Shown piece after piece: positions 13,242-26,531 of a stretch of DNA of 64,000 nt. The stretch spans positions 12,636,582 through 12,700,581 of the forward strand of contig CM119265.1 of assembly GCA_051294375.1 (NCBI GenBank), read 5' to 3'. Every line of letters starts with the position of its first letter. The stretch's first letter is position 1. The DNA is from Paraspadella gotoi. Taxonomy: Eukaryota; Animalia; Chaetognatha. Under the pieces are notes generated by a model that was not told where the DNA came from, ran no database searches, and saw only the letters and a program-made list of their open reading frames with translations. The translations under genes and the position numbers were made by a program.

Positions 13242-13498
13242 GTCTTTCATAACAAATGAAACATTCTTTGAAATATTTTCGCACTTCATTGATTAGGGAA
13301 GCCAGGTAATCTGGGAGTAAATAAACGGGACTGTGAGAGAGTCTTGATTGAAAGCTTGCAGGGACCTGCTATGTAATTACTTTGTAAGAGTGATTGGAGG
13401 CTATTAACAAACCACCAAAGCCTGTCCCAAAGTCAGGGGCAAGATAGCTTTTTCATTAAATGAATGGATAATTTTATATTGGTTTGTAACCAATTTTC
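13242..13498 (+). mobile_element. Polymorphic insertion of a short interspersed, retroelement-like sequence
   Basis: It is absent at the equivalent site in copy 2 (ATAAAGCGAT, 25287-25296). Here it is flanked by ATAAGGCGAT (13232-13241) and ATAAAGCGAT (13499-13508). The same sequence occurs inverted at 30001-30250. Confidence 0.85.
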
Positions 13499-15807
13499 AT
13501 AAAGCGATAATTTGTAACAAATCATGAAGAGCTAAAAACAAAGTTTTAATCGTTATAAATTATTTCAAGGCATATAAAACAGCACAAAATACATTAAGTT
13601 AAAATAATGAACATTAGGTTAATATAATTCATCAGGTTGGCAATTCCCCGTCACTATCAATCGCATGCCCCTATAATGCTTTAGAGATCTATTCCCCTGT
13701 CTTTTTTTTAACAATTCCTCATTTCACCTTTTAACTCTCACTCTTTCATCCCTCTATTCATTTCATTTTTTTTCCGCCTTCTAAGCTGTATCGAGTAAAT
13801 CGCGGGTAGAGCCCAGAAAAAGCCCTAGGCAAGTGCCAAAACCTAGAGACAGAGGTCGAAAAACGAAGATTAAATCCAGCGGAGAATAGAACCAGATTAA
13901 AACGGTGAGGAAACAGATACTATGACATGCTGTCGTCTTATTTAATTAGAGATCTCAGGTCAATCGTAAGGGGCGCGTCGTCGAAACGACTCTAAAACGA
14001 TAACGCGAGACGCAATCACGATCAGGAACTTAAAACAAGAAATAAGGAGCATATAAAGCATGAAGACATTCTCAAGATGACAATATATCCGAAACCACGA
14101 TTCAAAACAGACGAAAACACAAAACGTCAACGAAACACGCGAAAGAAAGATAATTTTTATATTATCCATCTTTTCGACACCGACATTTTCCGCAAAACAC
14201 TTCGCTCGTTTTCTTTCTCTAAAGAAAAAAAGAACAGAGATTTCTCATTCCTTTCCCTACTTTTTTGATTCCAGATTTCCTATTTCTTTTTTCCCTTTTT
14301 AATCCCCTTTTCTTCCGTTTTTTCCCTTCCTTCGCACGTCATTTTCCATCCTTTTTCGCCCACCCAGCCTCTCCCTGCCTCCGCCGCCTCCGCCCCTCAT
14401 TTTTCTATGAGAACCCTTTTTCGAGAGTGATAAACGGCGAGGACGGGAGCGTTGGGGTAGAGTGAAGAGCGAGGAGAAAGCGAGAGATGAGAGCGAAGAG
14501 CGATTAGGAGAAAGAGAAAAAGTGAAAGATAATATAAGATGTTGCTTTATATTGAAAATATCCGAGACGTTATTGATTTAATGAGCCTCATTTTTTTCCG
14601 CCTCTGGCCGCATACAACAGTTGTCGCTGCAGCAAGTTTTTCCTTTTATATCTTCCGTTGGACTGCCGCATTTTTCCCCCCTGCTCCTCTCAAGGCAACT
14701 TCTTTTAAAAAAATAAATATGAAAAAAATTTGGACTATACTGAATAAAGCGTAGTGAAAGTATACATACCGAAAATTCTAAAAGTCAATGCGAAAACATA
14801 ATGAAACAAACATTACCCCATCAGTATCAGTGAACCATTAATTTGTAAAAAAAAAAAAAAATTTTTAATGTTTTTTAAATTTTGCCAGTAGCTATATTTT
14901 ATATTATAGTACTATCCTTATAATACGAAAATTTTTAAAAAAGGCTTTCTTAATTTTTGATTGCAGATTTGAATTCCATCGCTCAAAAAAGTTGCAATAA
15001 AAGGAAAATATATTAATCAATTTTAAAAATTATTTATTAACTGTTGGGTTATAAATTTAAAAAAAACTATATTTAAATATATAAACACGGGTTTCCTTGT
15101 TACACGATTTAATCGGCATGAGTGCACAAAAGAGATTGTCCCGGGATAATCTGTTTCCGGACCTTTGGGTAACACCAAAAAAAGGTAACAAATTTTCCTA
15201 AATGAACAGTTTTTTTATAAATTAATATAAAATTACTATATAAAATCAATAAAAGTAGAATAAAAAAAAATTAAAATGGTTAAATATGTTTAAAAATGAA
15301 AATATCATGCATCACCCATAACTATGAACAATTTCTTCCTTTCGGTTGAGTCCAAACCATTAATTCTATCTTTATAGTTTATTGTAATTAATTTTTCTTC
15401 ATTAAAATATTATTTTAATTTTTTTTTTTTTTTCAAAAATTTAAATTAAAAAAAATTATAACTATGCCAAAGATGAAGAAAAATTTATAATTATAAGGGA
15501 CTTACCACCTTAATATAGGCCTTCTTTAAAAATACATTATATAGTAAAGTTTATTAGAAATGATGTTTGATTTAGAAAATAAATAAATTAAATAATTAAA
15601 TATATGAAAAAATTTAAACTTGAATATTTTTTTAGCATTACATTTATTAAACAATATAATTTTTAAATTAATTGTTCATGATCTTTTTAATAGCTATCTG
15701 GTTCAGAGTATCTTTCAAATTATAATAAGTTGATAACTTCTTTTTATTTAAGTTAAATACTACTGCTAATTTACTTAACTTTNNNNNNNNNNNNNNNNNN
15801 NNNNNNN

Positions 15808-15843
<36 letters not shown>

Positions 15844-16618
15844 TACGCTTGGTACGAATGGGAAAAGAAGTTGTATTTTTTTTTCAGAAATACACGTCAT
15901 ATCGATTTTTTTTATCTGGATAATGACAAAGGTTCAACAAAACAAGCAGAAACAGACAGCTAAATTACAGATACAATAACGGAACATTTTTCCTCTATAA
16001 ATCTATTCCAAAAGTATCAATGTATTTTGTACATAAGTTGGTTGAAATGAAAAAAAAAAAAGAATCAATTGATTACGATCCCACACAAAAAAAATCATGA
16101 GAAAACAAAATCCAGTGGCTTATGCCATTCCTTTTCTGTCCTACTATTCTCTGCATTTCATTACTCATTTCATTACTCATTATATATAAAATGCTCGTTT
16201 GCAGTAATTTTACTGTTTCTTCCAAATTTTCGCCAACTTTTCCCCGATCAAATTAAAAACAGACAAGAAATTCCATTGTGAAACCCCTCACGACTGACGG
16301 ACAGATAAACAGACAAAGGAATACATCGAGAAATGAAAATATGTCTTTTTGCGTCATGACGGGCAATGACGAAAAAATTATTTAAAAAATTTAAATCGGT
16401 ATAAAAAATCCTTGAAAAAAAATCTCAGTAAAACACAAGCTATCTTACCGAAAAACAAAATATGAAAAAAACTACTTAATGAGACATGTATGAAGCAAAA
16501 ATACTCCCGGCAGTGGTTTTAATACTGCTGGCCGACAGTAAGAGGCGGACGGGGGATAAACCAAAACGGAGTCTTTGCTCGTTTGTCTACTTTTTAAAAA
16601 TTTTTGGCGCCAAAACTT

Positions 16619-16966
16619 TCAAGAGTTTCGTCGGTCGACGCCCTCTTCCGTTTCTCCCAATTCGTTCAAGGGCCCTCCCGTCGGGACGACGCCGAGCGAT
16701 GGCGGCGGCGGCGGTTGCACGATCGTCCACAAGGCCCCCAACGGGCCGCCGCAGCCGCCGCCCCCCAGACCGACTCCGCCGCCGTGAGTCTGCGGGTGGA
16801 GTCGATCGAGATGAGTGATCGCCTCCGCAGCGCCCGTCGTCGGCGGCGACGACGTCAACGACGACGTCATCGAGAGTTTAACGTCGACGTCGACGGCGGC
16901 GTCTTTGAAATCGGCGTCCAGCGCCACCAACGGCGGAGATTTGGAGAGGAAGCAGATGGAGTTGAG
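16619..16966 (-). CDS. Candidate terminal exon of an unidentified gene (frameshifted duplicate at ~4666-5011)
   Basis: A pyrimidine tract and ccacag acceptor precede a GC-rich open frame: LNSICFLSKSPPLVALDADFKDAAVDVDVKLSMTSS...GPLNELGETEEGVDRRNS*. Confidence 0.5.
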   Translation of the reverse strand, partial: LNSICFLSKSPPLVALDADFKDAAVDVDVKLSMTSSLTSSPPTTGAAEAITHLDRLHPQTHGGGVGLGGGGCGGPLGALWTIVQPPPPPSLGVVPTGGPLNELGETEEGVDRRNS

Positions 16967-17387
16967 CTGTGGTTGGGGGGGGGAAGGGGAAAAGGGTAAG
17001 GGGAAAAGGGGAAGGGAAAAGGAATGGAAAAAAATGGAGTTTAGTTAATGTCCGTCATTGTCTTGGTAAACCTAAAGAATTAGAAAGGGACAACAAACTC
17101 GAGAAGAAAAAAAAAATGATCAACAAAAAAAAATCGACAAACAAAAACAAAAGATCGGCATCCTTTTCTCGTGCTCTTTTGTTTTATAAACGAATCGAGC
17201 GTCCTCACGGACAGGCTGCCCTGTTTCTATCATCGCCCTCTGTTTTTCTGTTTGTTCTACCAGTCTTGGTTAGTTTCTTCTTTGTTTTTCATTTCTGGTT
17301 TCTGAGTTGCTTTTTTATTCTTCATTCTAAAATCTCGACAAGAGGAGGCCTAATTCATGCGGAAGGTTTTTGATTATAGGCGGCCGA

Positions 17388-17463
<76 letters not shown>

Positions 17464-17613
17464 TCTCTCTCTCTCTCGCATTGCACCAGGACTGTTATCC
17501 CGACTGGCTTCATTTGCTAATGAAGCATCATTGGCGCAGGAATGGATGACAGCGAGACAAGCGGAAGAGAAGAGAAACAATTCAAGTATGAACCGGGCAA
17601 GAGCAGAGAGAGA

Positions 17614-17682
<69 letters not shown>

Positions 17683-17960
17683 CGAAAAATCCAATTAATG
17701 TTATTAATGAAAGAGTCGCTTCATTTTGCATTGTCTTCATTCCCACTCTCTCCCGAGACAAATTGCCTCCCAAAATCCTCCTCTTTTTCCCGATCGACGG
17801 TTTTCTTAGGAGTTTACTTTGATTACCAGCGCAGGCGCGGAAATTGCGCAAAGATGTCGAGGTGTGGAGGCGCGGAGGTGCAATGGTAATAGGGCGCCAA
17901 ATTTATTTCGACTTAATCTTAATCAGAACCAATAAAGCTGAGGTCCAGGGGGAGACGGAG

Positions 17961-18054
<94 letters not shown>

Positions 18055-19602
18055 AGAGAGATAACGAAAGAAAGAGTTCCAAATTAAAGACACGTCTATG
18101 TGATTTCCAACAGTAATATTTTAGTTTTCGTTGCATTTAAAAAAAAAGGAATTCCTTTAAAAATTAATAAAAATATGCCATATAATTTTTCTATTTTCTG
18201 ATTAGATCACTTTCTTTTCATTTTTTCTTCTACTCACTTCTTTCCTACCTGCTTCAATTTCAATTTTTCCTTAATTTATTGTACCTTTTAAGTTTTTCGC
18301 GCTTTTCTTCTCTCCTCCTTATCGGAATCAAATTTAAATTAATTACGATTTGACAGAGTTTGTAAGTAATTGACAAGAAAATATGCTTTCAAATTAATTT
18401 CTCGCTCACTCAGTTTTCCTTTCCTCTTTCCTCTCTACTCACCCTACTTTCTTTTCTTTATTCTGCCTCCGCTGTCAAACTTCTAATTTTCTTTCTCCAC
18501 TTTTCTTTTCTTCAGTCGTCGCGACCTTTTTCCCTCTCTTGATTTTTTTTTGGTTCTCGCGATATTTTTAACTTTCACTGCTGCTTCTTTTCATTTTCTT
18601 TCCCTTTTTTTTTGACTGTTCTTTTTTTCGCCCTTTTTTTGTTTTTTTTTTTCTAAAAAAACAAACAAAAAAAATCTTCAGTCGTTTTGAATAATTTTGT
18701 TCTGCATTTGATGCGTCCTTGACCTCGAAAGAAATCAAATTCTAAAATGATGATAAATAAGAAAAAATACAGCCATCTCGTATACAATACACATTATCAA
18801 ATATCTATACATGGTACTATTGTAGTACTGTAGTATTGTAGTATTGGTACATCATTGTAAAGCGTTTATATTTTTCTAAATTTTACCAAATATTTATCGG
18901 TAAACAGTCAGCGACGTGACGGGTCAGCCCTACTTCCGCGCCGCGTGACGCCCGTAACCAGTTTCTCGTCTTCACCGCAGCTGCGCGGTCATCTTTTCCC
19001 CGGCGAGGGCCACAACTTCGCAATATGACGTCTTCCACGTTGGTCTCTGTCCATTCGTCTCCATTTTATCCCCATCTCTCCATCTTTCCTTCCATTTCTG
19101 GCACATCCTCTCTGGTTTTTTTTTTTTTTTTTTTTTTTTTTTGTGGCCCGGCGCGGAGGAGGAAAGGAGAAAGATAAAGAGAGGGAGAGAGAGGGAGACA
19201 GAGCACGAAAAAAAAGAAGGAAAAAAAATAGAAAGATATAAACGCGGAGAAAGGATATTTTTCTTATTCGCTGGGTTTTATTTTTCCTATTTTCACAATC
19301 GTTTCCTTCTTCGGATTTTTCTTTTTTCTTTCTTCTGATATAAATATTTGGATTTTTTTTTTAAATTTCTTTTCCCAATGCGATAGAACGTCGTTTCTTA
19401 GTTTTTATCATTTTTTTCTCTTCGAATAATTTCCTGCAAAAAGGTAATATTTGTACAAGATAATTTCTCTTCTACAAAGTTTTTTTTCTGTCATCATCGA
19501 CAGCATTTCCTGAAATCAATTCTCTACTTTGGATTTTTTATTCTCCTTTTCTTATAAAAATATTTTTCCTCTTTTGACCGAATCCTAGACCCAAAACCTA
19601 AC

Positions 19603-19918
19603 ACATTCGCGGGTCAGTGACCCCGAAATTCCGGAGCGCCGACCCGGGCCGCTCATAAATCGTGACCACGTCGCCATGGCGGCGGCGGCGGCGGAGGCGG
19701 CTATGAAAGAGGTGGCGTGGGTAGAAACGCAGATGGCTGCTGTGAATATTGTGTTTACAGCCGAGGGAGGTCTTAATGTTGATGAAATTGTCATCAACGA
19801 TGGCGTTGATATCGACTGAGTCGGTGTCGGAAGCTGTATCATAGGCGACCAGGCAGTGGCGGAAGCGGAAGGCAGAAGCGGAAGCGGAAGCGGAAGGCAG
19901 AAGCGGAGGCGCCAGGAT
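19603..19918 (-). CDS. Candidate internal exon of an unidentified gene (duplicate at ~7624-7941)
   Basis: A tttcag acceptor precedes the open frame ILAPPLLPSASASASAFRFRHCLVAYDTASDTDSVDINAIVDDNFINIKTSLGCKHNIHSSHLRFYPRHLFHSRLRRRRRHGDVVTIYERPGSALRNFGVTDPRM. The GTAAGG donor is intact in copy 1. Confidence 0.45.
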
Positions 19919-20550
19919 CTGAAAGTGATGGTGAAAGGCAGCGGAGAAGCTGGAAAGCTTTCGGTCCCGAAGTTTTGAATCCTAACGGGAGTTAATGACC
20001 AACGAGTAAAGAAAAGTGATCACTATTAATCATGACGAAATTTCGGAGCAATGAATTGATGAGGATGTCAGAATGGTTTATCTGAAGACTGAACTGAAAC
20101 GTTGTGCGAATTAGAAGCAGAAAGATATGCAGAAAGATTAACGCTGCATAATCTGCTACACCTGACGACCTTCGACTGACTGGATTCGATTTTCGAAGAA
20201 ACAAACTGAATTAAGCGCGCCTTGACAGGGAGGAAGAAGTGGAGGAAAGGAGCAAGAGTGGAAGGAGAAAAGGAGGCGAGAAAAAATGAGAAAGATAGAA
20301 AGAAAGAAAAAGATAAAGGAGTATAAGAGCTTATTAAAGAAGGAAGAAGAGGAGAAGAAAACGAGGAAAGAGGAAGAAAGGGAGGCGAGTTTAGGCGGGA
20401 GAAGATCGGAAAAGTCCGTTTACATTCGGGAAATAAATAAAAACGTTAAAAAAAAAGAAGCCGGCAACAATTTCACGGCCGAAGGGAGTATAAACGAATA
20501 AAAGGAGAGCAAACAAACAAAAACAAAAGGAGAGGGAGAGTGAGTGCGTG

Positions 20551-20662
<112 letters not shown>

Positions 20663-22334
20663 TGAATGATATGGAATGATTGAATAAACAAAAGAAAGAA
20701 AATGGGGACGAAAAGAATAGAGAGCTAGAGAGCGAGAGAGCGAGAGAATGAGAGAGCGAGAGAGCGAGCTCAGCTTTACTGTTTTATTGGTACGCATAGT
20801 GTAAATCTATCGCAACCCGGATGTTCGCCGGTCGAAGGCTGCCCGATTTTTTTCCTCGTCTTTTCCCCCCCCTTTTCCTCGTCCTCGTAAATTCTCTATC
20901 CGTTTATTTGCTTCTATACCTTTTTACAATTCTTTCTTTTTTTGAAAAATCTCTCCTTTCACTTCTTCGAATTTTTCTCAGAATATTTTACCTGCGGCCG
21001 CAGTCTCTTAACTCTTTTTCTAATTATATTCTCCGAAATCTCAACCCCGATCACTCAATTCTTTGCTTCCCCCTCGTACCCTTAATTATTCTCAATTCTT
21101 TGCTTCCCCCCTCGTACCCTTAATTATTCTCAATTCTTTGCTTCCCGCCTCATACCCTTAATTATTCTTTTTCTTAGCTTCACTTCCTCCCTCATTCGCC
21201 TTTTTTCTTGTCATCCAATCCTTCATCTTCCCTATTTCACCCTCCCCGCCCCCACCCTTCTATTTCCTTACACTTCCGCCACCGCCCCCGCCACCGCCAC
21301 CGCCACCGACCGACGCTTTATCCCCTCACTCCCTTCCAACTTTCCTCTCCGTCTCCAAATTCGCGCCGCGTCAGCGGTTTCGCCAAAATCATGTTTTCCT
21401 TGTCCGCCCTTACGAACCCACGCGACGCATCACCTCGCCCCCCCCCCCCGACAACACCCCGACTCCCCGCGTCAGCTGGCCCCGGCGCGGTGGCGGGCGC
21501 CACGGGCGGTCGAGATGGATATCGATTGTTTCATCTCCCGGAAAAAAAAAAAGAGGGAGCTTCGGCGATGCGGGGCGGGGGGGGGGTTGGAGAAGTTGCG
21601 AAGGGCTTATCTTAATTAATTCGGTTAGGGAGGCTTTTTAACGTCTCTCGTTAAAAGATAAGAGGTTCCGTCTCTCTCTCACGCTCTCTTCCACTCACTC
21701 TCCCGTTTTTGTCTCCGTCGCGTCATTTTGACTCTCTCTCTCTCTCTCTGATTTGCCTCACTGGTTGTCGACTCGACAATTGCGAAAAATGTGGCCAAAA
21801 ACAGAGAGAGAGAGAGAGTGAAAAAAAAGTGGAGCGAAAATTGGGGAAAAGATTGAGATGAGGAAATTGACAGAAATTCCTGAGTTGGAAATTCAGAATC
21901 CGCGAAAATCAGGAAATCAAATTTAGCAGGGCAATATTTGTAGACAAAATTCGCGAAATTCAATTGCCAGAATTAGAAACCTAATTTTTCCAACAAAAAG
22001 ACAAAAAATGACGACTAATAATTCAAGGAAGAAGCATAAGGGAAAGTCTGCCATTCCACCCTCGTCAACGATTCTAATTCGGAGCTGTTCAAGTTGACAA
22101 AAAGCAGGACGCTTCATAGTGTATAGTGTATATTGAATAATTTATAGTTTAAAGTTTACTAAATCGTGTTCGTCAGTTATACACACTAATATTAAGTTTT
22201 AAATTATGACGTAGGGAGCTTTAAACTTAAAGATTTATACATAATAATACTAGAAAGATAGATTTACACAAATACAAATCCGCTCACTCGAATCCCAACA
22301 GAAAACGACTTTGAGTTTGACACTCTTTCTACTA

Positions 22335-22790
22335 CTTGACCGCGATCGCCGATTCCCACTCAGAGAATTTCTCAACCAGACTTTGGTCACGAAAGTCGGC
22401 CGACCAACTCCCCCACCCGCCGACGCCACGAGCTCCGACGCCGCCAGTCACCTCCTTTGGCAGATCGACCTCCATTTGGCGCCGCTTAAAAGTTTTGGCG
22501 TCGAAAGAGCGAGACAAACAAAAGATAAGTAAAGCGAAAGGAAAAAGTCAGTTCGGGTGAGGATTTTCTGGAGGACGCGAGTGGGCCAAGAGGATGGGTG
22601 AGGGTCAGAAGATAAGTGAGCGAGATGAGGAGAGCAATCGAAAAAAATGTTCCCTCTGTTTGGGAGATTTGGAGAGAAAATAAAAGAACATCGAAAGGAA
22701 ACGAGGTGAATGACTCGAAGGAAGAGCGGCCGATGGAAGGCAGTGCTCACTTTTCAATGATGATGAATGTTAAACCGGCCACTGAGACGA
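22335..22790 (-). CDS. Candidate exon pair of an unidentified gene (duplicate at ~10355-10790)
   Basis: tctcag|VAGLTFIIIEK|gtgagc, a short intron ending aaacag, then a frame that reads from the consensus of both copies as GNIFFDCSPHLAHL...RRQMEVDLPKEV...WSADFRDQSLVEKFSEWESAIAVK. Indels interrupt each copy. Confidence 0.35.
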
Positions 22791-24551
22791 ACGCAAATGA
22801 ACAGAGCAATTATTCATTGATAAAATGATCATAAGACCCTTTAAATTCAAATATGTATCTCTATGAAGGACGTCGCCATATCTCCTTCTTTGTTCTCCCA
22901 AGACAAGAAAGTAGAACAGAAAGCCATTCCCAAAAGTAAGCTACGAGAAAGAAAAAAAGAAGGAAAAGAAAAGGGAAATAAAAGAGAAAGAAAGGATTTT
23001 CGGCGTCTAACGAGGATGGCACTTTCGGCGTCGGCCTTCGTCTCTTCCGTTTCCCATAACGAGGACGATCAATCACCGATTCAGATTCTGCGTCTTGATC
23101 AAAAAAATCCGATTCTCGACTCGAAAAAGCGAAAAGAATTGGGCGAATGAGCGACGAAGTTTTTATCGATGGACCAATCGGAGTTTTTTTTTATTCGGGC
23201 TTGGCGACGTTTCGATGGGGGAGTTTCTCAGCGAACCAGGCGAACGACCGTTAGTGGGGTGGACGATGGTCTTACTCAGGCGACTCTTTTATAGTGGCCT
23301 TTACTTACTTTTATCTGCATGACGAGCTGTAAACTCATCTTCATTTTTTTACACATTTTTATTTCATAAAAAGCAAAGAAAAAAAAACTCAACATCAACA
23401 ATAAGAGATAAATTAAAATAAAAATGAAAGTAAAGAAAGGTAAATTGACAAATGTTTTTTTCTTATATTCTATTCTCTTTTTAGTCAAAATTTCTTTGGG
23501 TTTTCAAAAATTTAAATGCAAAAAATCCGCTTATTTTATTTTTAGGTAATCTGGCTAGAGATAGATAAGATAATGTATCACCCATCTTTACCAGGGATCT
23601 AAAAAAAATAAATAAATAAAGAAAGAACTAAGAAAGATAAAAAGAAAAAAAAAGAAAAGCAGTAACTTTTGAAAAAAAGAAAGTGAGAAAGAGTGAAAGG
23701 AAAACGAGGAGAAAGCAGAAAAACAAGAAATCAGGAGAAAAGGCTTTTTTTTTTGTTTGACAGTGGAGGAAGAATGAGGAAGTTTCCTAGCCAATTGAGA
23801 TGCGAGGGCACGGTATCGCATAAGTAAATATAGTTTGTTGTTACCGTCGTCGTCATCGTCCTCGTCATCGTCGTCGACTTCTCCGGTGGCGACATCCGGC
23901 GGTGAAAAAAGAAAAAAAAATAGAAATCGAGTTCTGATTCGTCAAATTCGATTTGAGACAAACGAGGAATAAATCGAAGAGAGAGAAAAAAGTCGTTGCA
24001 CGAAGAATGAATGAACGCTAAGAAGTGAATAAAATCTTAAAAATAGAAATTAATAAATGATAAAATTATTATATGGATAAGAGAAAAATTTATAGAATAC
24101 TTGATTAATACATTTTTTGGGGGGTAACCAGAACGAACACATTGAATAAAAGGTGAACAGAAAAGAATTATAATTAAAAATTAAAATTAAAAATTAAAAT
24201 AAATGAGTGTATAAAACTTTATTTAGTTCACAAAGTAGAGATAAAACAACGATTTAATTTGTGAAAACGTATTTGTTTCGGTTCTCGTTCGAACCTTCAT
24301 CAGCGCAAACTCTCTACTTTGTAAACTAATTCCGAAACACAATGAAACAGAAAGGAAATTATACAAACACTTTATTTAAAGAAGTAATGGCCTTGAAGGA
24401 AATGGGAACGAATAAACGTGAGTCTACAGAATTGTTTGATGAAAAGTGTGAAAATCATGATTAACAATCACATAATTCTGGCGTACAGAACTGAATGACT
24501 TATTGGTAATACTTAATTGGTAAAGATTATTAGTGTATACGCCGTTTTCAG

Positions 24552-26017
<1,466 letters not shown>

Positions 26018-26531
26018 TCCAGATTTCCTATTTTCTTTTTTCCTTTTTAATTCCCCTTTTCTTCCGTTTTTTCCCCCTTCGCACGTCATTTTCCACCTTT
26101 TTCGCCCACCCCACCTCTCCCGCCTCCGCCGCCTCCGCCTTCCTCATTTTTCTTATGAGAACCTCTTTTCGAGAGTGATAACGGCGAGGACGGGGTGGGT
26201 AGAGTGAGAGCGAGAGAGCGAGAGAGTGAGAGCGAGAGGATTAGAAGGAAAGGAAAAAGTGAAAGATGAATATAAATGTGCTTTATATGAAAATATCCGA
26301 GACGTTATTGAGTTAATGAGTCTCATTTTTTTCTCGCCTCTGGCCGCTACAACAGTTGTTCGCTGCAGCAAGTTTTTCCTCTATATCTTCCGTTGGCTGC
26401 CGCATTTTTCCCCCTGCTCCTCTCAGGCAACTCTTTAAAAAATAAATTGAAAAATTTGGACTATACTGAAGCAATATTCACGGTCTCTCCTAAATTCACA
26501 AACTCCAAACATCCCAAGATAATTGTATTTG

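Larger units (their letters stand above)
3880..14744 (+). repeat. ~11 kb duplicated block, copy 1
   Basis: Collinear with 15808-26470 from the TAA repeat to GGACTATACTGAA. Differences are mostly 1-bp indels plus a few larger indels. Confidence 0.95.
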
